Assembly: GCF_963921235.1 (NCBI RefSeq)
Contig: NC_086108.1
Location: forward strand, 74,030,001-74,094,000
Length of the DNA stretch: 64,000 bases
Direction: 5' to 3'
Source of the DNA: Mobula hypostoma
Lineage: Eukaryota
Part shown: one piece after another, positions 26,170 to 37,962 of the stretch
How positions within the stretch are numbered: position 1 is the first letter of the stretch
Layout: every line of letters begins with the position of its first letter
The notes under the pieces: generated by a model
Told to the model about the DNA's origin: nothing
The model's input: the letters and a program-made list of their open reading frames with translations, nothing else
The model's database searches: none
Program-made: the position numbers and the translations under genes

Positions 26170-27400
26170 ATTGAACTGAATTGATTTTATTACTTACATC
26201 CTTCATATACATGAGTAAAAAAAATCTTTATATTACGTCTCCATCTAAATGTGTAATTTATAGCAATTTATAATAAATAGTATGTACAACAGGGTAGTTA
26301 ATATAACATAAAAATACAGTTGTGTCAGCATGAGTTAATCAGTCTGATGGCTGGTGGAAGAAGCTGTCCCAGAGCCTGTTGGTCCTGGCTTTTATGCTGA
26401 GGTACCGTTTCCCAGATGGTAGCAACTATAACAGTTTGTGGTTGAGGTGACTCGGATCCCCAAAGACCCTTCAGGCCCTTTTTACACACCTGTCTTTGTA
26501 AATGTCCTGAATAGTGGGAAGTGCATATCTACAGATATGCTAGGCTGTCCGCATCACTCTCTGTGGAGTCTTGTGATTGAGGGAAGTACAGTTCCCATAC
26601 CAGGCAGTGATGCAGCCAGTCAGGATGCTCTCAACTGTGCCCCTGTAGAAAGTTCTTAGGATCTGGGGGCCCATACCAAACTTCTTCAAACATCTGAGGT
26701 GAAAAAGGCACTGTTATGCCTTTTTCACCAAACAACTGGTATGTACAGACCACGTGAGATCCTCAGTGATATGTATGCCAAGGAATTTAAAGCTGTTCAC
26801 CCTCTCAACCCCAGATCCATTGACATCAATAGGGGCTAGCCTGTCCCCATTCCTCCTGTAGTCCACAACCTGCTCCTTTCTTTTTGGACATTGAGGGAGA
26901 GGTTTTCTTGACACCACTGCCTCAGGGTGGTGACTTCTTCCCTGTAGGCTGCCTCATTACTATTTGAGATTAGGCCAATCAATGTAATGTTGTCAGCAAA
27001 TTTAATTAGCAGATTGGAGCTGTGGGTGGCAACACAGTCATGGCTATACAGAGAGTAAAGGAGGTGGCTTAGGACACAGCCCTGAGGGGCACCTGTGTTG
27101 AGGGTCAGAGAGGCAGAGGTGAGGGAGCCCACTCGTATCACCTGCCGGCAATCTGACAGGAAGTCCAGGATCCAGCTACACAAGACAGGGTGAAGGCCGA
27201 GGTCCCTGAACTTCTTGTCAAGCCTGGATGGAATTATGGTGTTAAATGCTGAACTGTGGTCCAAGAACAGCATTCTTACATAAGCATCCTTCTTCTCCAG
27301 GTGTGTAAGGATGGTGTGTAGAGCTTGTGGCTATTGTGTCATCTGTCGATCGGTTGTGTCGGCAGGCGAACAGTCGGGGGTCCAACGTGGGTAGTAGCAA
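26170..27400 (-). mobile_element. Rex1/Babar-type LINE RT to 3' end
   Basis: ORF 26836-27273 ([23 protein letters not shown]); short tandem tail near 26170. Confidence 0.88.
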
Positions 27401-28583
27401 ATTATAATGGGAGATAAAAAAGAAACACAAGAGGAGCGAGCAATGTTACAGTTTTCATGAGAGTCTTCAACATGTAGTAAACTGGAAAAATCAAGTTGGT
27501 GCTGGATTCCAAAAGATCTTTATAGAATGTCTACAATATGGATTTTCACAGCAACTTGTGATTAAACCCACTAAGGAAAAGTCAATCTGGATTTGTTATG
27601 TAATGAACCAGATTTGGTTCAGGAGCTTAAAGTAAAAGACCATTAAGGAGACAGTGATTATAATATGAAATAACTTACCCTGCAGTCTGAGAGGAAGAAG
27701 CTAAAAGTCAGATGCATTGGCATTACAGTTGAATAAAGGTAACCACAGAGGCATGAGAGGGGAGCTGGCCAAAGCCGATTGGAAAGGGACCCTAGCAGGA
27801 ATGAAGGTAGAGCAGCAATGGCTGAAGCTTCTGGAGTAGATAAGAAGCCATGGGATTGGTTCATCCCAAATAAGGAGCAGCATTCAAAAGGAAAGATGAA
27901 GCAACAAGAGAAGTCAAAGATAGCATAAAAGCAAAAGAGAGGGCATACAATAAATCTAGAGAATTGGGAAGCTTTTAAAAACCAACAGAAGGCAAATAAG
28001 GAAGTAATATGAAAAGAAAAGATGAAATATGAAGGTAAGCTAGCTAATATATACTATATAAACAGTAAAAGAGAGGCAAATGTTGCCACTGGACAGTTGG
28101 GGGAGGGGGAGAAGTGAGTGTAGTCTCTATTGCTGAAGGGAAGTGCTTGGCCGGCTGAAAGGTCTGAAGATGGATAAGTCACCTGGAGTGGACAGACAAC
28201 ACCTGCAGTTTTGAAACAAGTAGCTGAAGAGATTGTAGAGGCATTAGTAGTGATCTTTCAAGAATCACTAGAGTCTGGAATTGTTCCAGAGGACTGGAAA
28301 ATCACTAATGTCACTCAAATCTTTAAGAGAGCAAGGCAAAAGACAGGAAATTTTCAGCTGGTTAGCCTGACTTCAGTGTTTGGGAAGATACTGAAGTTCT
28401 TTAAAGATGAGGTTTTGGGTAATCACATAATAAAATAGACCAAAATGAGCATCATTTCCTTAGGGGGAGATTTGACTGACAGATCTGTTGGAATTCCTTG
28501 AGAAAGTAACAAGCAGGATAGGGAAAGTGTCAGTGGATTGTGTTTACTTAATTTTCAAAAGGCATTGTCCTCGTTGTCCACAG

Positions 28584-30005
28584 GTACCGGAGGATTGGAA
28601 GGATGCGAATGTTGTCCCCTTGTTCAAAAAAGGTACTAGGGATAGTCCGGGTAATTATAAACCAGTGAGCTTTACGTCTGTGGTGGGAAAGCTGTTGGAA
28701 AAGATTCTTAGAGATAGGGTGTATAGGCATTTAGAGAATCGTGGTCTGATCAGGGACAGTCAGCATGGCTTTGTGAAGGGCAGACTGCGTCTAACAAGAC
28801 TGATGGAGCTCTTTGAGGAGGTGACCAAGCATATAGATGAGGGTAGTTCAGTGGATGTGATCTATATGAATTTTAGTAAGGCATTTGACAAGGTTCCACA
28901 TGGTAGGCTTATTCAGAAAGTCAGAAGAAGGCATGGGATCCAGGGACGCTTGGCCAGGTGGATTCAGAATTAGCTTGTCTGCAGAAAGCAGAGGGTCGTG
29001 GTGGAGAGAGTACATTCAGATTGGAGGGTTGTGACTAGTGGTGTCCCACAAGGATCGGTTCTGAGACCTCTACTTTTCGTGATGTTTATTAATGACTCTG
29101 ATGTGGGGGTAGAAGGGTGGGTTGGCAAGTTTACAGATGACACAAAGGTTGGTGGTATTGTAGATAGTGCAGAGGATTGTCGCAGATTGCAGAGAGACAT
29201 TGATAAGATGGGCTGAGAAGTGGCAGATGGAGTTCAACCCGGAGAAGTGTGAGGTGGTACACTTTGGAAGGACAAACTCCAAGGCAGAGTACAAAGTAAA
29301 TGGCAGGGTACTTGGTAGTGTGGAGGAGCAGAGAGATCTGGGGGTACCTGTCCACAGATCCCTGAAAGTTGCCTCACAGGTAGATAGGGTAATTAAGAAA
29401 GCTTATGGATTGTTAGCTTTCATAAGTCGAGGGATAGAGTTTAAGAGTTGCAGGTAATGATGCAGCTCTATAAAACTCTGGTTAGGCCACACTTGGAGTA
29501 CTATATCCAGTTCTGGTCGCCTCACTGTAGGAAGAATGTGGAAGCATTGGAAAGGGTACAGAGGAAATTTACCAGGATGCTGCCTGGTTTAGAGAGTGTG
29601 CATTATGATCAGAGATTAAGGGTGCTAGGGCTTTACTCTTTGGAGAGAAGGAGGATGAGTGGCGACATGATAGATGTGTACAAGATAATAAGAATAGATA
29701 GAGTGGATAGCCAGCGCCTCTTCCCCAGAGCACCACTGCTCAATACAAGAGGACATGGCTTTAAGGTAAGGGGTGGGAAGTTCAAGAGGGATATTAGAGG
29801 AAGGTTTTTTTACTCAGAGAGTGGTTGGTGCGTGGAATGCACTGCCTGAGTCAGTGGTGGAGGCAGATACACTAGTGAAATTTAAGAGACTACTAGACAG
29901 GTATATGGAGGAATTTAAGGTGGGGGGTTATATGGGAGGCAGGGTTTAAGGGTCAGCACATTGTGGGCCGAAGGACCTGTACTGTGCTGTACTGTTCTAT
30001 GTTCG
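28584..30005 (+). mobile_element. Young 5'-truncated CR1 LINE (RT + 3' end)
   Basis: ORFs 28488-29849; near-identical to the reverse complement of 37963-39400. Confidence 0.9.
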
Positions 30006-30599
30006 TTTAACAAGGTGCCACACACGAGGCTACTAAACAAAGCAGAAGCTCATTGTATTACAGGAAAGATTCCAGCATGGATAAAAGATTGGCTGACTGG
30101 CTGAACACAAAGTGCGGAAATAAAGGAAGACTTTTCTGGTTGGCTATTGGTAACCAGTTGTATTCCCCGGAGGACACTATTGGATCTACTAATTTTTAAG
30201 TTTTATGTTTATGATCTTAATGACAGATTTGATGGATTTGTGGCCAAATTCGCAGATGATACAAAGATGGGTGCAGCGGCAATTGGGGAAGCAGGGAGTC
30301 TGCAGAAGAGAATGGATAGATTTGGAGAGTAAGCAAAGAAGTGGTAGATGGAGTACAGCCTACTAAAGCACTTGGGTAGAAAGAATGAAAGCATAGACTA
30401 ATTTCTCAATGAGGAGAGAATTCAAAAATCAGCTTCACAGGGACTTAGAAGTCCTTGTGCAGGATTCGCTAAAGGTTAACTTCCAGGTTGAATCAGTACT
30501 ATGCAAGCCATATGCAATGTTAGCATTCACTTTGAGAGGACAAGAATATAAAAACAGGGATGTAATGCTGAGGCTTTATAAGGCTTTAGTCAGATCACT

Positions 30600-30945
30600 T
30601 CTTCTATTCCTCACTCTAACCCCTTCCCTCCCCAAGTCCCCTCCTCCTTCCTTTTCTCCGATAGTCGACTCTCCTCTCCTATCAGATTCTTTCCTTTCTG
30701 GCCCTTCACTTTTCCCAACCCCTTGGCTTCATCTATCAGCTTCAAGCTATCCTCCTTCCCCTCTCCCCCACCTTTTTCTTCTGTCATCTTGCCCCTTCCT
30801 TTCCAGTCCTGAAGAAGAGTCTCACCCAAAATGTCAACTGATTATTCATTTCCATCAATAGTGCATGACCTGCTGAGTTCCTCCAGCATCTTATTTGTGT
30901 ATTGCTTTAGATTTTCAGCATCTTCAGAATTTTTCATGTTTATTA
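30600..30945 (+). mobile_element. Decayed Penelope-like terminal repeat
   Basis: Pyrimidine-rich body, degenerate core cagtcctgaaga...aaaatgtcaactg, end gacctgctgagttcctccagcat. Confidence 0.65.
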
Positions 30946-31479
30946 CTCAAATCATGTTTGGAGTACAATGAGCAGTTTTGGGGCCCACATCGAAGGAACA
31001 ATGTGCTAGCACTGGAGAAGATTCAGAGGAGGTTTATAAGAATGACCCCAGGGTTAAAAGGGTTACCATATGAGGAACACCTGTTAGCTCTCAGCCTGTA
31101 CTCCCTGGAGTTGAGAAGAATGACGGAGGATTTCATTGAAATTATCAAATATTGAAAGGCCCAGCAAGTAGACATGGAGGGCATGTTTCCTATAATGAGG
31201 GAGTCCAGAACCAGAGGGTACAATCTTAGAATTCAAGGACATCCCTCAAGAACAGGGATGAGGAGGAATTTCCAGAGGGTGGTGAATCTGTGGAATTTAT
31301 TATCAAAGACACAATCAGGGCCAAGCCATTGCGTATATTCAAAATGGAACTGATAGGTTCTTGATTAGTATGGTTGTCAAAAAGGTTATGGGTAAAAGGC
31401 AAGAGAATGTGATTGAGAGGGAATAATAAATCAGGCATGATCAAATGCTGGAGTAGACTCAATGGGCTGAATGACACAC

Positions 31480-32050
31480 ATATACACACACATTAAATAG
31501 TTAAATTAAAAACAATGCAAAAAGAAAAAATAAAAACAGTGAGGTGTAGTGTTCATGGGTTCAATGTCCATTTTGGAATCGGATGGAAGAGGGGAAGAAG
31601 CTGTTCTTGAATCACTGAGTGTGTGCCTTTTTGCTTCTGTACCTCCTTCCTGACAGAAACAATGAGAAGAGGGCATGTCCTAGGTGATGACGATCCTTAA
31701 TAATGGACGCCACTTTTCTGAGGCACTGTTCCTTGAAGATGCCTTGGATACTGCAGAGATGAGTACCTATGATGGAGCTGACTAATTTTACATCTTTCTG
31801 TAGTTTCTTTTGATCCTGTGCAGTAGCCAGCAACCCCCTCCCCCGCCCCACTCCACTCCCATGACAGACAGTGATGTAGCCTGTCAGAATGCTCTCCACG
31901 GTACATCTGTAGAAGTTTGAGTGTTTTGGATAACAAACCAGATCTCTTCAAACACCTAACGAAATATAGCCACGGTCTTGACTTCTTAAAATATACATCG
32001 AGATGTTGGGACCACATTAGATCCTCAGAGATTTTGACACCCAGGAACTT
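31480..32050 (-). mobile_element. Rex1/Babar-type LINE 3' fragment
   Basis: ORF 31612-31899 ESILTGYITV...SIIKDRHHLGHALFSL. Confidence 0.8.
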
Positions 32051-32809
32051 ATGGATTTATACTGATACATTCTATAAATGGAAAAAATTAAATAAAATTG
32101 GTTTAATTATGTAAAAAATGATTTCAGTCATCAATTGTTTCACAATAGATAACAAACAGGGGTTTTTAATACTTGTGAATCAGATGCAACTTCCCCAAAT
32201 TCAATAATAAATTTAATATAGACTACTGGCAAACCGAGCTACAGAAACACACGTTCAGAGCCTGGGCAATGCAAGTTCTTGAAAGTTTGGAAAAGGATAA
32301 CGTGGAAAGGATGATGCCTTTTCTGGGAAAATCAAGAACTTGGGGTCAGACCTTAAGAATAAAAGAGCCACCCATTCAAGACAAAGAAGAGTCTTTATTT
32401 TTTTGCCCTTCACAGGGTCCAGAAGCCTTGAAGGCAGAAAAGATTTATATTCGATAAGCAAAAGCATTAAAAGTTACTAACAGGACACAAGAAAGTGGAA
32501 TTAACATTATAATTAGATCAGATAAGATTATTTTAATGGCAGAGTAGGTTTGAGGGGCTGTGTGGTCAATTCCTGTTTCTAATGTGTTCATCTAACACAA
32601 GCATGACTCGAGAAAACATCCACAATAAAAATACAGTTAATAAAGCTCCAAGATTTAAACCCTAATACCTCTTTGTGCAACTAGATCCCCAATATCCTCA
32701 CTTGCAGACCTCAGTCAATTTGGATTGGCAATCGCATCTCCTCCATCACCATCAACACAGGTGCATCACAAGGCTATGTGCTTAGTCCCCAGCTCTACTC
32801 GTTTTTAAA

Positions 32810-33415
32810 TAGTATTAGTTCCATGGATTTTTGTCAAAAAAGCAGTGATTTTTGTCACTTATAGTTGGCAAGAAATAAACAGCAAGACAATTCAGAACTG
32901 TTCTGCTTACTGCGATTTCAAACATTCATGGTTGGAGATACCGGAAACAGCCAGGAGTGAAAATGAAACAATTTTGCTACTGCAACAAGTTAGAAACTAC
33001 AAAGAATTTGAAGGTATTGACAATCATCTTGAATGTTTACAATGAAAATGAAGATTTGGAGGACGTAATCACTGAAAGCATTGTATGAAGGCAGTCCATT
33101 ATCTGCAGTAGGTGTCTGTGCAGATTTTTTTCCCCCATTTACAATCGAAAGAACATAACAGCATACATTGGATGAATTCCTCTATCAATAACTATATGGA
33201 ACAAATACAGCTTTATAGTACTGTAGAGGTATTGGTAGTTCTCCAATTTGTTCTGCATTCCATTAAAATACATATACTTTTACTTAGCTAAATGGCAACT
33301 TGTCTTTTTTATACCTTTTTAACTATTTCCATTAAACTTGGGCTATTTGGGGCATCCACTAAATTGGACCAAAATGTACTGGTCCCGATGTGTCCCAATT
33401 AACCAGAATCCACTG
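32810..33415 (+). mobile_element. Tigger/pogo-type transposon 3' fragment
   Basis: ORF 32845-33045 SWQEINSKTIQNC resembles the end of a pogo DDE domain; terminus aattaaccagaatccactg|TA. Confidence 0.55.
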
Positions 33416-33544
33416 TATTTTATCGCTCAATATAGATGGCACAGTAGTATGCCTGGTAGAGCAAGGATCCTGATTTTCACTGTTGCCTGAGTGGATTTTG
33501 CATATTGTCCCTTGACCAATTGAGTTTTGTCCAATCTCTTCAAG

Positions 33545-34090
33545 AGCAGATGCTGGAAATCCAAAGCAACGCATATGAAATGCTGGAGGTCAAGCAGCAT
33601 CCACGGAAATAAATAAACAGTTGACATTGTGGGCTGAGACCTTTCCTCAAAACTGAGAAGGAAGGGGAAAGACGCCAGAATAAAAAAGTGGGGGCAGGGG
33701 AAGGAGGTGAGCTGGAAGGGATAGGTGAAGCCAAGAGGGCGGGAAAAGTAAAGGGTTAGAGAGGAAGGAATCTGGTAGGAAAGGAGAGTGGACCATAAGA
33801 GAAATGGAAGGGGGGACCCATGGGGGAGTGATTAGCAGGTGAGAAATGAAAGGGCAAAAGGAATAGAGGAAGGGAGGGGGGAATTTTTTATTTAAACTGG
33901 ATGTAAAAATTGATATTCATGCCATCATGTTGGAGGCTACCCAGATGAAATATAAAGTGTTGCTCCTCCACCCTGAGTGTGGCCTCATCTTGGCACATGT
34001 CGACATGGCTCAACATGTTGGAATGGGAATTGCAATTAAAATGTTTGGCCACTGGGAAGTTCCACTTATGATGGATGGAGTGGAGGTCAG
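33545..34090 (-). mobile_element. Decayed Penelope-like 3' end
   Basis: Homologous to 47060-47680. Confidence 0.7.
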
Positions 34091-34741
34091 GTTGACATTA
34101 TTAATTGCCTTGAGAATGTGGGTCAGTGGAAGAGTCTGGGGGTGGTTGGTAAGAATATGGGAATTACGTTGGATTAATGCAAATATGGGTCTGATAATCA
34201 GCATATCCTCAGGAGGCTGAATAGCCATTTCAATGAAGCAAACAAACTAATGACAAAGAAATCAAAGACATTCTGCTGGATAATGAGACCTGTTTGGTCA
34301 AAACTTCGAACTCTCACCAACTGCACCACTACCAAATCTTTCTAACCCTCTTTATAGTATGACTAGAAACAAATTGGAGTACAAGTAGGATACAGAAAAT
34401 CCAATGAAATGGTGTCATGACAACACTGCGCTTAATGTCAGCAAGTCAAAGGAGCAGATTATTTGGGGGGGGGCGCATACATGTTCCTATTTATATCAAC
34501 AGTGCTAAGGTTTGAGAGATTCACATTCCGAGAAGTGAACATCACTGTTGTGGTCCAACCACGTAAATGTCAACAGCACCTCGACTTCCTCAGGAAGCTA
34601 AATTATTTTTTTTAAATTGCCGTGACCCTTTTGACACTTATCAACTTTTATCAAAGTGCTAGAGAAGCATCTAATCTGGATGCACGACGACTTGGTTTGG
34701 CAACTCATTTCCCCATAAATGCACGAAATGGCAGAGGGTTA

Positions 34742-36203
34742 CAGTAATGCTAGAAAGTTTGTGATCTCTATAGAATTTTCTCTATTTCTGCATAAATATG
34801 ACCCAAAACATATCACATCTTCATACATGCCCTAAAGTTAGATAAATAGAACCAAATTAAATAAATTAACACAAAAAATATTATACTTGGTCATTTATTT
34901 ATTGAGAAAAATGATCCAATATTACATCTATTTGTTGGAAAAAGTATATGAATCTCTGGGGTAATGTCTTCTACAAAAGCTATTTGGAGTCAGGTTTTCC
35001 AACAATGACATGAGATTTGAGGTGTGGTTGTAGAGGTGCCCTGCCCTATAAAAAAGACGCAGAGTCAAGTTACTGACAGAGCCTGCTCTTCTCAAGAAAG
35101 ATCTGTTATGTGCACCATACCTCGATCTGAACAGCTTTCAGAGAACCTTAGAAGAATTGTAGAGATGCATGAAGCTGGAAAATGTCACAAAATCATTTAC
35201 AAAGACCTGAGTGTTCATCAGTCCACGTTAAGAGAAATTGTCTACAAATGGAGGAAACTCAGTACTGTTGCTTTTCTCCCTAGGAATGGGCATCCTGCAA
35301 AGATCTCACCAAGAGCATAGCTTGCAATGCTGAAGGCGATGTAAAAGAACCCAACGGTAACAGCAAAAGATCTGCAGAGATCTCCAGAACTTTATGAAGT
35401 CTCTGTTCGCTATAAGAAAAACATTGAACAAGAGTGGTGTTCATGGAAGGACACCATGGAGGAAACCACTGCTCTCCAAAAAAACATTGCTGCACAGCTC
35501 AAGTTTGCAAAAGACCACTTATACGTTACATAATGCTTCTGAGACAATCTTCTGTGGACAGATGAGACAACAGTTGAACTTTCTGGAAGAAATGCACATT
35601 GCTATGATTGGAGGAAAAAGGGCACTGCACACCAACACCAAAACCTCATCCTAACTGTGAAGCACGTCGGAAGGAGCATCATCGTTTGGGGCTGCTTTGC
35701 AACTGTTGGGGGAACAATGAATTCAAAATTGTATCAAGACATCTTACAGGAGAATGTCAGGGTAGCAATCCATCACCTGAAGCTTAATAGAAGTTGGATA
35801 ATGCAACAAGACAATGATCCGAAAGAGAGTAAAGCAATAACAGAATTAAAATGAAGAAAATTCATGTTTTGGAATGGCCAAGTCCAAGTCCTGACCTTAA
35901 TCCCTATAGAAATGTTGTGGAAAGAAGTTCATGCAAGGAAGCCCAACAGCATCCCTGAGTTGAAGAAGTTTTGTGAGGAGGAATGGCCTAAAATTCCTCC
36001 AAGCCAATGTACAGGACTGATCAAGATACCAGAAACATTTGGTTGAAATATTGCTGTACAAGGTGGTCTCGCCAGTTACTGAAAGCAAAGATTCACATAC
36101 TTTTTCCAAGAAATACTTCACTTTTCTCAATAAACAAACTAAAAAGTATTATGTTTTTTTTCCTGTTATTTATTTAATTGGGATCTCTTTATCTAGTTTT
36201 AGG
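34742..36203 (+). mobile_element. Tc1/mariner transposon, same family as 4898-6451, right TIR truncated
   Basis: TA|cagtaatgctagaaagtttgtga; remnants RRIVEMHEAGK, SIIVWGCF, MQQDNDPK. Confidence 0.88.
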
Positions 36204-36953
36204 ACCAGATGACCTTCAAGTATACTGTGCCCACCTGGGGTGAGCTGCATAAAGACATGCCAGAGATTTCAGGATCTTCTCTCAATCCAAATTCCAGATT
36301 GGGTAACAAATCCATCCTTGAGCACTTGTAATGAGGAATTAACAAAAAGGATGGAGGAAGAACTGATTTCACTACAAAACGACTTCAAGCTGAAGTGGAG
36401 GTTCAAAAAAAATCACCAAGACTTTTGGTTGCAGAAAGAAATCTCTAAATACTATTCTGCACTGTGGATAAAGGTCAAGATATTCTTTATTGCCCTTCCA
36501 ACACCCTATTTTGCGGTGCGCAACTTCAGTAGCGGTCTTCCAACGTCTCTCAAAGCAACAGAACTGTATGTAGGGATCTGAGACTCCTTCTGACTGGCAT
36601 TCAACCTGAAGTTGAGAAGCTGATATCAATGCACCAAGCCTATCCATCACATTGAAAGGTGAGAGAGCAAAGTTGAAGAGTTGCACTCCTAGTGTACGCC
36701 TTAAGATTGTTGAGAAAACTATTTTTACTATAATTAAAGAAACAATTTATTTGCACTTTAAATAGATCTGAATAATTTTTGGATTTATTTGTCACTGCTT
36801 TGATTTTGTAGTTCTGACTTTCTTTCACTATGTATCATAAATCAAAATTCTTTATAGACTTTTAAGTAATGGCCAGAAAGAGAGATGAGTGTGGTGGGGA
36901 TGTGGTCTGGGAGCCAAGGAGTCAGTAACCTAAAAAATGTTTGTGAACTGCTG
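36204..36953 (+). mobile_element. hAT (Charlie/Buster-like) transposon 3' fragment
   Basis: ORF 36240-36581 IPDWVTNP...EELISLQND...DFWLQ...FIALPTPY resembles the hAT C-terminal dimerisation region. Confidence 0.7.
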
Positions 36954-37962
36954 TTTAGAATCTTAACAGTACATAACTGCCTAGCTCAGTTGTTAGAAGC
37001 ACAATTTTTCTCGTCTTGAAGATAACCACAAAGAACCAAAACACCTCCAAGGTCCTATTTGGAAAATATGTAATCAGTTTAAGTTTTTACTCCATTTGTT
37101 GGCAGTACATTTATATAAACACTGCTTTAAAAATGCAGCCTTCAAAATAGTAATACCTGCTCATCACCTCAATCAACCACATACAGTATGGAGATGCTAT
37201 TAAAACTGAGGTCAGCGTTGTAACTTAGCAGTAGGTGGGTGGTGACAATGATGGCTGAAAAGAATGGTAAAGTTGCAGCGGTGAGGGGCAAATTATGCTT
37301 TGCAGATACAATTTTTCGTAATTAACTCTATTAGAGAAATTTTTAAAACTCATACACTTAATTATAATTGAAAACACTCAATTTTGCCAAATAATTGTAA
37401 TATAAAAGTGCATTCAAAAATTCAATTAATCACACCAAATCTATTAAAGGAAACATGCTATTTCTGAAATTACTGCTTCTAGACTAACATGCCTTTGTCA
37501 ATATGCTTATCTCAGATCACTATCATATGTTAAAAACTACTTTTCAGTCAATTTGCAAATCTTTTGCACTTATTTGATTTATACATATTGCAAAATATGG
37601 AATTATGTAAATTTAGCTTGGATGTGGACCTTAGGTGGCAGGGACTGAGTGGGCCACAGTACCTGTTTCCGTGCTGCACAACTACATCTCTAACAAGTAG
37701 TTCCCAATATTAAGTATATCATTACCAGCCAAAATCAAGCACCTCATGAAAAATCGGAGCTTAAAACTTATTGCCTATATTTGCTGTCTCAAGGAACTGG
37801 TAATTACCAAAACATACGTTGTACAGTATTCAGCAGAATACATAACAAATTAGCAGCAGTTGATATCACTCTGAAGCTCAGAGCATTTGTCAATGAAATG
37901 AAATGCTTTTGCACAGTTTAAAAGTTTCATCCATAATGTTGGGAGGCTGGTCAAGAAGGTTC

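Larger units (their letters stand above)
27480..31470 (+). mobile_element. Old CR1 LINE hosting nested insertions at about 28584-30005 and 30600-30945
   Basis: Colinear remnants in ORFs 28211-28438, 30147-30332, 30409-, 30895-31155. Confidence 0.75.
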
